From assembly GCA_964106915.2 (NCBI GenBank), contig OZ066926.1: DNA of 64,000 bases; one strand, 5' to 3'. Position numbers and translations under genes: made by a program. The stretch comes from Podarcis gaigeae (lineage: Eukaryota). Of this stretch, positions 38,229-49,341 are shown piece by piece (within the stretch, counting starts at the first letter, position 1; each line of letters begins with the position of its first letter). Under the pieces are notes generated by a model, which worked only from the letters and a program-made list of their open reading frames with translations, did not search any database and had not been told where the DNA came from.

Positions 38229-38575
38229 TGGAGGAGGAGACTCTTGGGAGTCCCACAGACTGCAAGAAGATCAAACCTATCCATTCTTAAGGAAATCAGC
38301 CCTGAGTGCTCATTGGAAGGACAGATCCTGAAGCTGAGGCTCCAATACTTTGGCCACCTCATGAGAAGACTCCCTTGGAAAAGACCCTGATGTTGGGAAA
38401 GATGGAGGGCACAAGGAGAAGGGAACGACAGATGACGAGATGGTTGGACAGTGTTCTCGAAGCTACCAGCTTGAGTTTGACCAAACTGCGGGAGGCAGTG
38501 GATGACAGGGGTGCCTGGCGTGCTCTGGTCCATGGGGTCACGAAGAGTCAGACATGACTAAACGACTAAACAACA
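38229..38575 (+). mobile_element. Bov-B (RTE) LINE 3' fragment
   Basis: WRRRLLGVP.TARRSNLSILKEISPECSLEG..LQYFGHLMRR / LEKTLMLGK.EG.RRR.RQ..RWLD; (CAA)n tail; 7-bp flanking repeat ACAAACC. Confidence 0.92.
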
Positions 38576-39529
38576 ACAAACCAGCATTTTGTTTCCCCTC
38601 TATATTTCCCCCACCTTTGACTAATGGAAACATTTTTGTTAAGTCAAATCGCTGGTCTGCCCTGGGTTCGTTCCTTTTGGAATGTAATGAAATAAAGTTT
38701 CCTCTAGGAATAAATTTTGGAAATAGGAGTACCTGAGGCCACAGGTGAAGTCCTCCAAGCACACACAAAACACTACCTTCTCTACTATTACACATTTGAC
38801 CCCAATCTGTGATTAAGCAATAGGGCTTCTAAGCCCATTTTAGAAATTAAGTCTGAATATTGCACCGTGTTAACTAGCCCATCTGATTTGGGAGATGAAG
38901 AGAAGCAGACACACATAACCTGGATACCTTCCACTGTCAACACTCAGCATTAGTTCCATATATGCCATCTTCCAATTAAGAATCTCTGCAGGCAGTAACA
39001 TCCTATGACCAACTATTCTCATATTGCACATCCACCCCAATATCTATCTACACAGTCCTTCTCAGTTATAATAAATCAATAGGCACCTGTACTGTATTTA
39101 TCTTCATCATATTGTGGCTTATATTCTATCCACGTCAACTAGTAATGTAAATCAAAGCCTTCAGGAACTAATAGGTGACTAGGAATTAAAAGAAAAAAGC
39201 ACCGAGAACTTGGATCATGTACAAGGGGTAACCAACAAGATGTGGTCCTTATCTGTTCAGCATGAGCAGAAGTCCAAGAGTCTGGGGATGCAGACTATTA
39301 GACAACTGAGCTTCTTAGACAAAAATGCAGATGAATGTTCAGCACCTACCAGTTCCTGCTAATATAAAACAGCTATAGTTGTGAAGGAAATGCACTACCA
39401 ACTTTTATAAGTTTTGAAATAGAAGTTTCAAAAAAGGCTTCTCTCTTTCCAAAAAAGCTCTTACTTGACAATCAGAACTTCATCCAAGTAGAAGCCAACT
39501 TTTAAAGTGCAGAAATTGAGTTGAGGCAA

Positions 39530-42500
39530 ACATTTCTATCAAACAAAATTTATTTGCATGTAAAACAAACATGTTATTTGAAGTACATCAAAAAACTAAA
39601 AATGGTCTATTCCTTCTCCACCTCCTCAGTCACCAGAAGCAGTATTTACACAATTGTTCACAAGAGTAAAGGACCTACCATGTACATAAAAAGAACCAAT
39701 CTTAATCTCAGGTGAAGTACCTACACCTGAGATTAATAGGTTTGATTCTTTCCTATTTTCTGTTTTTCTTTACAATACTGAAAGATGTAGGGTAATGTGA
39801 ACAAATAAATGCACTTTTAGAAGTAAACATGAGAGATTTTTAACACAGAAAAGGATTGTGTGATACTGGTATGTGTACTCCCAATTTTAATTGGTGGAAC
39901 TATTCTTTGAATGGCTTATCTTACTTCATTCCCTATGAAAAAAACATCACTGCTGGACAAAAAAAGGTATATTGTATTAAAAGTAGAACTTTATTAACAT
40001 CCTGCTTGCATAAGGTAAAAAAAACAACCACACAATTTTGGAACCTGTTAGCATGGTAGACTTTAGACTTCCATGGAACTAATATGACTTAATCCAGTTT
40101 ATGCACAGTGGGTTCATAGGCCACAATAAACCTAATCTCTCCCCTCTTTCCCACATATAATTGGGTGTTCAGCACTTGTGGGAAATGGAAGGCTGGTACA
40201 TCATCCTCATCCCTCATATGTGCCAAGGAAAGAGCCATTATGACTGATAAGGGAATCCATTCATGAGCAAATCCTGCACCTCTCATACACTGGATCAAGG
40301 CTCGTTTTCATTCTGAAGAACCTTTTTGTATAACTCAAAAACCTACTACTGGCCAAGGTGGATGTCCACTGAAAAACAGAAAGTCTCAATTGTTTAACTT
40401 GGGACCCAAAGAATTACCCCTCTAAAAGATCTGGTAGAATTCATGGTTCAAGAGCCATTACCTCTTTTAATATTTTAGACACTGTCCATACCTAAGAATT
40501 GTATTACATTGCTCCTCACAGCCTTCATCTTCCAAATACTTTCAACAATTCCATTCCAATTACAGAGGATACCAGAACTATACTGTGCGTCCCATCATGA
40601 AAACACCACTCAAATGTTGCTGCTGAGATGCAGCAAGATGTCCAAAGCCTTAAACAATAAAGCTTCTCATTTTGAGTTGCACACTGTTTCTCAGAACCCA
40701 GCTTCTTCCCTAAATGAAAATACTGTAAAAACCATCATAATAAAGACAACTGCTGTGGCCTGAACATACACAGGATTACATTCTGTGATGTGGCTATCGC
40801 AAAAAAAACCTCTTGATCTATCAGAGACCTTGTACACACCCAAGTCGTCTGCAGTAAAATGAATTATGTCATTTGCTCTGAATTTATGATTTGCAGTATC
40901 TTGGAAACTCAGGAAGCAGGTAAACAAGTCAGGAAAACTCTGCAACATATGGTTGTGTGGGGTACAGCTTCTCCATTAGAAGCCTCAATGCAACTTCTTC
41001 ATTAGATAATCCTTGGTGGAGCAAACCTATGACATAAAAGCTCCTAAGAGTGCAAGCAGTTTGGGGTGTACAGTTAGCTATCAAAAAGTCCTGCAACCGT
41101 TGTATGCCAGGGATGGGGAAGCTGTGACACTCCAGAAGTTGTTGGATTCTGACTCCTATTAGTCGCAGCCAGCAGGGCCAATGGTCATGCAAATGATGAT
41201 GGGAGTTATAGGTCCGGCAACATTTGGATGGCCACAGGTTCCCCATTATTGCTGTATACTCTAGTATACCACGTGGAGTTCTGTGTGACCAGGTGCTACC
41301 CTATTCTCTTGAGCATCAGGGAATGTTCCATGTGAAGACGATACTGTAGAGAACAAGACATCAAGGTGAGGGTGATATGCATATAGTTCATGGCCTTCAA
41401 TGGAACACAGCAAGGCAAATTCTAATGGCAAATCTTAATCCACTACAATACCATCTCTATCTGGTACTATGTGGTTATGGAAAAATTCTAGAATGTTTCC
41501 CTTGTATCTATCTAGGTGGGAGTTGAAGTGCACATTCACTAAGCATATATTCTGACCACTCACACATTATAGGCTCCTTCTTAATAAGTCTGGAACCCTA
41601 TATTACCTCACTGGCCTGTGAGCTGCTCCAGTATGCTGTTCCAGTAACTGCTGAAGTCATGTGAGAGGAGTCAAAGATGCAGCCACTTCACTCTGCCTAG
41701 GATTTGAGACAACTGCGAAGGGAAGTAGCTGCACTGCTGATTCCTCCCATATGACCTCAAGGTTCCTACTTTTCTGAAGTGATATGTAAAGGAGCCATGC
41801 TGCAGTGGATCTTATACCAAAGAGGAAACTGATTCCACACTCATGCCAACAAACCACACTCACCAAGGGGAAAGTGTCACTCCCACTTATTTTAACAGCA
41901 TTCTCTCCTAGCTGGGTTTTCAACCTACTTCAAAATTAAAGGGGTTGAGAAGTCTAACAATCTACACTCACAGCACCAAACCCTCACTTTCTTCTTCCCC
42001 ACTCAGTTGCCATCTTATACTACCCAGCGGTAACAGAGGAGACATGCATGGAAGCCAACAGTTTCCATGGAAGAAATCAATTTTATAATACAAAGATTAA
42101 GTGAAATGGCTGTAAAAGATGTAACACATCTATGTCAAATACTTCACCACCTGCATAAGGGCCCAACTGGTGCTATCCACTGAACAGTTCCATTTCAGAT
42201 TTTATTTTTAATAGGAGATGGCAGTCAGCACCTTGAGAACTAGGGGAGATACCAGGAACTGAACCAATTCCGCTAATTAATTTTTGGTGTAAATATCAGA
42301 GTATGAATAACAAAACCCAAACAAGCTTAAATCCTGAACACTAAAAATACGATCCAGAATGGAAATGTTCCTAAAAAAGTGAAGTAAAAGAAATGAAATA
42401 TCTGCCCAGGTTTCAATTCTATCTTGCAAGTCCACAGGCATGTAACTCTGGGACAAGTGACAGAACTACACCGAATAGCGTGGTGCATCAATTCTTTGTG

Positions 42501-42745
42501 GTAGAGACTCTGATTAGATGGAAGTATGCATGTGTAAGAGTCCATGTAAACTTCCAAGAGTTGAAAAATATTTTTTCTCTATGCTCCATTTGTCAAGAAG
42601 TACAGCCAAAGAAAAATGCTTGTTTTTACCTGAACCCACAAGGGTGTTGTTTGCACTCACAACTTTAAAAACATTTTTAAAACAACACTATATGAAACAT
42701 TTAGCCCCAGCCCACTTCCCACCTGCCAACCTTGGCTAAATATTC
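39530..42745 (-). other. MED1: MED1 3'UTR (inferred extent)
   Basis: From TGA to the distal AATAAA; U-rich on minus strand. Other AATAAA hexamers (e.g. 39990-39995, ~42202-42207) could give shorter UTRs. Confidence 0.6.
39549..39554 (-). terminator. MED1: Probable distal MED1 polyadenylation signal (AATAAA)
   Basis: ...TTTTACATGC AATAAA TTTTGTTTG on minus strand, U-rich flanks, upstream UGUA motifs. Confidence 0.55.
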
Positions 42746-45700
42746 TCAATTTCTTATCAGGGCAACATCCATGAGATCCTCATCTTCGTCCCCAATCAAA
42801 AAATCAGGGCTAGGCCTGGATGGCCTTTCTGATGTAAGAATGGCACTGCTTGTCATAGACAAAGACTGTTCTGAAGAGATAGGAGATTTAGACCAGTTCT
42901 CCGTCTTAATGCTGTGAGTTTTCTTTTTGTCTCTCTCTTTATCACGATCCCTATCCCTATCCCGATCTTTATCTTTTACTTTCTTCTTTTCTTTTTTGTG
43001 TTTCTTATGCTTTTCCAAGCTGTATTCTGGAAGAGGCCGAATTCCATCATCAGAGCTGGGGCTGTTCTGATAGGATTTCTCTGCTATGGATGATCCTGAT
43101 TCACTCTCGCTGTCAATGTTTTGCGGGGTATATGCTGGAGACTTACTGTGACTGGGAGAACAGCGCTCATGCTTTGGAGTAGACCCACTTATTAGTGGTG
43201 ATCCATAGCTTTTGGAAGATGTCATCTGAGGCCTTAAGCCATCCCCACCTCCTTCCCCAGGCTTCTGCAAGGTAACTTTGGCTTTAATGCTAGGAGAGCC
43301 ACCGTCATGTTTGCTGATGATAATCTTGGCCACTCCAGTGCTTCCAACATTCTTTGAATCAGATGCCTTTTTGGAAGAGTCAGAGGAGCCTCCTGAAACA
43401 GAGACTTTGGATTTCTCCTTGTCACTCCTTTCCCGCTTCCCCTGCAATTCACCTCCAGAGAGGTTGTGTTTGGAGGACATGGAGTGACTTGAGGAACTGG
43501 AACTCTGGACCATCTGTCCATCCATTGAGTCTTCCCCACCAGGGCCACTGGTGACTACACCATGCTTGAGTTTGTCAATCACAGCTGTCAAAGATGGCTT
43601 TTTGTTCCGGCTTGGGGACTTGCCTTTTGAACTCCCGTGCTGATTCTGAGATGAAGACATGGAAGAGCTGCCAGATGAGAAGGAAGATGAAGATCCCGCT
43701 GAAGAATTTGAAGAAGGGGGTGGCTTCTGGGACATGGAACTGGAGGATCCCATCCCTGAAGAGGACTTCATGCTTGAACTTGATCCAGTCCCAGACATGT
43801 GTGAGCTTCCAGAACCGGAACTAATTGGGGACTTTGCTTTAGACGACGGGGGAGTACCTGGAACGGGTTTCATCGGAGAGGCCAGCTTGTCAGAACCGCC
43901 CGAGGGTCTAGAATGAGAAGGAGAAATGTTTGGTTTACTCATGGAAGGGTTCATAAGTGATGAAGGCTTCCCTTGAGGTTTGATCTTGGTACCTCCAGAG
44001 CCGCTGCTGAGGCCGTGTTTTGTGATGGGGGAGGACCCGGGCTTTCCCACTGATTGGGTGGAGCTTTTGGACTGACCTGATCCAGAGCCGCCTTGGCCCG
44101 AGTAGAGGCTGCTGCTCATCTTGGACCCAGAAGACCCATCCGACTTGCTGCTCTTTATTTTGCCCGAGGTCGATGAGGAAGACGACGAGGACGAGGATGA
44201 CGATGAGGAGGAGGAAGAGGAGGAGGAGGAATGACTGTGATGACTTTTGCTGCTCAAAGAGGAGACTGAGCCGCTGCTTGTGTACTGCCCATGGGAAGGT
44301 TTGCCAACAGTCACTGTTCCCTTGGGAATCTGGATGGTGATTTTGGGTATGGGAGGAGTGGCGACCCCAGGGGGTGTTTGAGACCTGCCTGAACTTCCAG
44401 GAGATTTCGAGCCGCCTGTGCTTGCTGGTGGGGTGAAAGGCCTGGTAGACGAACTATGAGAGGGAGATTTGCCTTCTGGCTCCACCTTCCTCCGCTTCTG
44501 GACCTTTTCTTTACTCTTCCCATCGCTGGATGGGGTGCGGCTGCGTTTTCCACCCTTGCCATCTAGCCCAGGGCCCGTTAAAGAACTCCCGGATCCATTA
44601 CCCTCTTTGACCCGCTTCTGCGACTTTTCCTTCCCCAAATCTCCCGTGCTCAGTAAGGGGCTCTGGCTTCCACTATGATGCTCCATGACATCAGAGACCC
44701 CCAGAGCCTTGCTGGCAGCAGTGATAATACTAAAGTCGACTGTGTCCGCTTGGCTGCTTGCCTTGAACTTACTCTCCCCTCCATCTCCCCCCAGCACTTG
44801 CACGCCCAGAGTACTTATCGTTTGTGATGCAAAGCCCTTGAAGTCATCAGCGTCTCCACTCTGGCTGCTATCATCAAAGTACTCTTCTCCAAAACCGCTT
44901 TGGCTCTGGCTGTTCAGGAGGTCAGGGTTGAAATCAACTCCATCAGGGAAAAACTGATTTGAAGAGTCACTGTTTGGGCTCACAGTGGCATCGGCAATCA
45001 GGTCAGCTGGATCAGTGTAAGGGTTTTCACTGTTGTTAGACTGAAAGACATCAGGATCAAACAGGGCACTTTGGGAATGCCCTGAACTTGAGGAGTCTCT
45101 TACTGGTGTTCCAATAGGAGGGCAATCTTCACTGGTGCTTGGTAGCTTGGATGCTTCCTCTGCTATGTCAGAAAGGATATCTGTCACATCAGCACCAATG
45201 CTGTCTGAGCTGGAGAGCCGAACCATCCTCTGAATACTGGGCTGGGTATGAGGTATAGACTGTGGATACGTTGTTGGTGGAGTGCTGCACTGACTGGGAG
45301 CTGGCGTAATATGAGGGGTATCTAAAGTGTCAGTGGTCATATTGACATCAAAGATGGGATTCTGGGAGTCAACGTCCATGGAAAACAGCTCTCTCTGGAA
45401 GTCATCTTCAGTTTGATGCTTTGGTTTCTCCACCGTGACGCGTGATTTTTTCTTCTTTTGCTTGTTGCCTCCTGGACCCATTTCCATCCTTGGGGAGCCA
45501 GAAGAGGAATTTTGCCTCTCAAGTGGGCTGTTTCCATACAGCGTTGAGAAATCTTGAGCTGGATTGTCCTTCAACAGGTTCATGAGCATGGGGTGGTTTT
45601 TGGTGTTGCTTGCAGGAGATGACACAGGGGGAGGGGTATGGTGTGGAGGCGTGGGACTGGAGCCAATAGTGGAGCCCACATTGCCTGTGATTTGTAGCAA

Positions 45701-46019
45701 GCTTGTAAGGATAGGGTTCTGGGACACTTTGCTGAAGTCTTCCCCGTGGCCCACTGACTCATGCCGTTCTTTTATACCCATGCTCATCGTGAACAAGGTG
45801 GAGATGGGTCCCCCGGGGAAAGTGTTGGTTGGCGTGGTGGTGCCACTCATTGGGTTGTTGCCGGTGGTCATGCCATAACCTGGGCTGCTGGCAGGGGGCA
45901 GGTTCTTTTTCACCATGTCTTCAACTGTCTCAGCAATGAGGGACAAAGCTGGTGTGTCTGCTTGGATTGTTTCAGCCTTTCTCCGGATGGCTCTCATGGT
46001 CACAGGTATTGACATGCAT
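42746..46019 (-). CDS. MED1: MED1 terminal coding exon 17 (NR boxes + Ser-rich disordered region)
   Basis: tatag|ATGCATG.. = (R)CMSIPVTMRAIRRK...DLMDVALIRN-TGA. LxxLL motifs LTSLL (45695-45709) and LMNLL (45572-45586). Confidence 0.98.
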
Positions 46020-47890
46020 CTATAAGGCAAGGTGGAGAAAAGCTGGTTTAGTGTCATCCTTGCCAGCAGTAAGTTCCCCCATGAAGCTAAAAGCTGTACT
46101 CATTATAAACAATTATGAGCAGTGTTAGGTACACCTCTACAGAGTGAGCCTGACTTCTGTACTACTCAGGCACACTATATACTGGAATATAAACTTTTAC
46201 TCTTTTTTCTAGAGGCGAATTCTCCACCACAGCAACAAAGTAGCAACTGAGGATTAAGGAAGCCCTACTCAATTCATTAAAGTTCTCATTAATAAATAGG
46301 TGAATGTACTCTTTTTAAAAGAGAGTTCCTACTTTATCTTCTTATTCCATGAACATGACAAAATCAAAGCATGTTAAGGCTTTGCTGAACTGAAGAGCCT
46401 GTTCAAGTAAATATGTCCTAAGTAAATATGTCACATTTTGAAAATGCTAAACTGAAGAACTGGCATCGTTACGGGAGGGATGGGGGACCCGCAGTCCTCC
46501 AGATGTTGTCGGACTACAACTCCTATTGGCTATGTGGGGTGGGTCTGACAGGAATTGGGAAGTCCAACATCTGGTGGTCTATAGGTTACTCACCCCTGAA
46601 TTACAAAGTAAAGTACAGGACAGACAGATCTAGGCACTCCTTTCATACATGGCTATGCACATTAATGAAACCCAAATTCTGAACTTCAAAGAAATAATTT
46701 CTATTCACATCAAGATGAATTTGGTTATTTTATTCATTTTACTCCTTTCTCTAAAGACTGTAGAGATGGCTTGAAGACCCAGAAGTGATAGAAAACATCA
46801 TTCTTCAGATTCAGTTAACAGAAGACATAAATTCTACATGTATCATTTCAGCATACATGAAAGTGTGCACAACATATAGAGACCATCATGGGTGAAAAAC
46901 ACATGCCTATTTTCTAGGAGGTCACTGGGTAACCACAGCTAAATGCAACCTGTAAAATATAAAGTGCGTGCACTTTTCACAAATTGTGTACATGCTTCAT
47001 ATACTCTTCTTCCTACATAAAGTGTACAAAATTGCCTTATGTCACTGGTGCATGGACAAGCAGCTGTCTCAAACTTCTGCTCCTGGAGGAAAGCTCCTTA
47101 TCACCAGCAGTAAAAGCAACCCACAGAAGACAGGACTGAGCCTTTTCCTTTTGATAGACAGAAGGGAACCCAAATGCCTTTAATAATTAGAAATCAGTAG
47201 CTGACCTTAAATCCAACTCTAAGTTGCAGAGAGCTTTTAATACCAAAGCACACCATCCAAGATAGCATAGTCTGAGTTGATAGATAAGGTCTGTCAAAGT
47301 GTGGGCATGAGAAATTTTGAGAAAACCACAGAAGGATGGCCTTGCTGCAGTGCCACAAATCTCCATGAGGATTATTGGACATGAAAGGTAACAGAAGTTC
47401 TAGTTACCTCTTTCTACGTTTATTTGCCATCTATTATATTTTGTTATAAATAGCAAAATAAATAGATAAAAGAAGGAGAAATGTAGAGATGGAAAGCAGG
47501 AGCTCCAAGTTAATTCTGGCTGAAAGGGAAGCTAGTGATTGCAGTGTGATAGAAGGCACGTGTCCCAAACATTTAAAGCAATCTGCCCCCGCCCCCCCCC
47601 AAAACAGGAAAAGGTTCAGGATGCCATTGCTTTAAGGATTAGCCCAGAAACTTTCCTCCCTTGCGTAGGGTAGGCTCTCATTACTGGAAAAAAAACCCTG
47701 CTGTGTATGTAGACCTTTACTGCCGTCACCATTAGAGCAGAATATAAAAAGGATGGTAGGAAAATGTTACTGTAAAATTATTTTTCCCTTGGTAAAAATT
47801 TAATGTAAGTGATCTCTGAGTTACCAGGTTTATATTTAACCACTGTCTTCAAAGATCAGTTTTGATTCTGGCTTAAGCAGTATGACATAC

Positions 47891-47996
47891 CTTTGAACAA
47901 CTTTAGCAATGAAGTCATCTGTGCAGATGAGTGCATCAGAGAGCCCTTTATACAATTTGCAGTTCACATGTGTAGAATCTTGAACATCCATTACCA
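47891..47996 (-). CDS. MED1: MED1 exon 16
   Basis: 106 nt, (V)VMDVQDSTHVNCKLYKGLSDALICTDDFIAKVVQ(R), GT-AG. Confidence 0.97.
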
Positions 47997-48117
47997 CTGA
48001 AAGACACAGAGGCATCACAGGGAGGTCATTAAATCGAAAATGTGTCCATCTTCATTCAATGACTGTTTATACATACATATTTTTTCCCCTCTTAAAACCC
48101 TCCATCCAGCAACTTAC

Positions 48118-48213
48118 CACAAACTAGAGAGTCATTTACAGGATGCTGAAAGGACACACTGAAACAGGAATCTGACAGAGGGCAGACTTCAAACTGCAGG
48201 ATGCCTGGGGAAT
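48118..48213 (-). CDS. MED1: MED1 exon 15
   Basis: 96 nt, (D)SPGILQFEVCPLSDSCFSVSFQHPVNDSLVC, GT-AG. Confidence 0.97.
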
Positions 48214-48405
48214 CTGGAAAGACAAAAGAGCTTGCTAGCAAAGGCCATGAGCTTAAAAAGTCATGTTCACCCTATAGATAAAATAAGGGAAAGAGAGAAA
48301 GATGTTCATACTTTTATTTGCAGCTCAGCTAAGACAGGGAAAAATAGTCAAAACAAAAAAAATTCCTTCCAGTAGCACCTTAAAGACCAACTAAGTTAGT
48401 TCTTG

Positions 48406-48443
48406 GTATGAGCTTTCGTGTGCATGCACACTTCTTCAGATAC
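48406..48443 (-). ncRNA. Minimal type I hammerhead ribozyme motif (sense to MED1 pre-mRNA)
   Basis: GUAU-CUGAAGA-A-GUGUG(CAUG)CACAC-GAAA-GC-UC^AUAC; all core boxes present, 4-bp stem I, rudimentary stem III. Confidence 0.65.
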
Positions 48444-48468
48444 ATCTGAAGAAGTGTGCATGTATCAT

Positions 48469-48506
48469 GTATCTGAAGAAGTGTGCATGCACACGAAAGC
48501 TCATAC
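48469..48506 (+). ncRNA. Minimal type I hammerhead ribozyme motif (mirror copy, antisense to MED1)
   Basis: Same sequence read on + strand: CTGAAGA 48473-48479, GAAA 48495-48498, TC^ 48501-48502. Confidence 0.65.
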
Positions 48507-49139
48507 CAAGAACTAACTTAGTTGGTCTTTAAGGTGCTACTGGAAGGAATTTTTTTTGTTTTGACTATGGCAGACCAACACGGCTACCTATCTGTAACAG
48601 GGAAAAATAGGTTAGGAAACATCTGATGGTGCATGGGTTGGGTAACAGCTACTCTAATCTTTTCAAAGTTTATGTTTATTATGTTAGCTGCTTCAAGTTT
48701 ACTCCGGAAGGAAGAGTCTTCTATTAATTTTAATAAAATAAATATTAGTTTGGTGCATTGTGGGCTTTGCCTGCTAACTGCCGTGTGAGCAGTTTGCTTT
48801 AGGGCCTGCTTTCTTTTTTATACTCTTGCTTAGTTTCCTTACTAACTGAATGGAAATCCTGAACTTGAACTTACTGGCTATCTGGTTCATGCCTCCTTAC
48901 ACTATTCAGAATTTTGATATGGTCAATAAATGCAAGGGTTGAGAAGCAACAACAGTACTAAGAGTACAAGTATTAACATACATAAATGGATAGAAAAACT
49001 GATCTTCCTAGGCAAGTGAAAAAGGAGTCAGCTGCTGTAGTGATTCAAACCTAACAACATCTGGAGAAGACTGACAAGATTATAGAGACCAATATGTTTT
49101 TAAAAATTCTTCAGGCAATGTACCATGGGTAGCACTCAC

Positions 49140-49341
49140 CTTCTTTTAAGACTGTTCGCTTGACACAGCTGCCTATCAGAGTGTTGTAGGCCACCTGATG
49201 CCTGATCAAATTGAGGATGAGAGGAACCCGACTAGGATGGTGGAAAGCAATTTTGCTGAGCAGAGTTCCCTGAAGACTTCGTCCATCTGGCAAGGGGGCA
49301 TCTTTGTTGAGGAAGTAGCAGTGCTGCTGACCTGGCAAAGC
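49140..49341 (-). CDS. MED1: MED1 exon 14
   Basis: 202 nt, ALPGQQHCYFLNKDAPLPDG...CVKRTVLKE, GT-AG. Confidence 0.97.

Larger units (their letters stand above)
48348..48596. mobile_element. Penelope-like element remnant, inverted terminal-repeat arrangement
   Basis: 14-bp TSD ACAGGGAAAAATAG (48334-48347, 48597-48610); perfect 102-bp inverted arms; AAGGTGCTAC..CAGACCAACACGGCTACC terminus typical of reptile Penelope elements. Confidence 0.82.

Noticed and set aside
40520-42242. miRNA seed matches in the MED1 3'UTR (miR-146 8mer ~42234-42241, miR-1 ~41320, miR-205 ~40523)
   Set aside because: 7-8-mers occur by chance in 3 kb; cannot be supported without conservation data.
43234-46012. Many overlapping/antisense ORFs within MED1 exon 17
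   Set aside because: Shadow ORFs expected from Ser/Gly/Pro-rich codon bias; no independent signals.
46020-46057. N-terminal extension MTLNQLFSTLPY of the 1103-aa ORF
   Set aside because: Intronic read-through upstream of the exon 17 acceptor (AG at 46021-46020); the real frame enters from exon 16.
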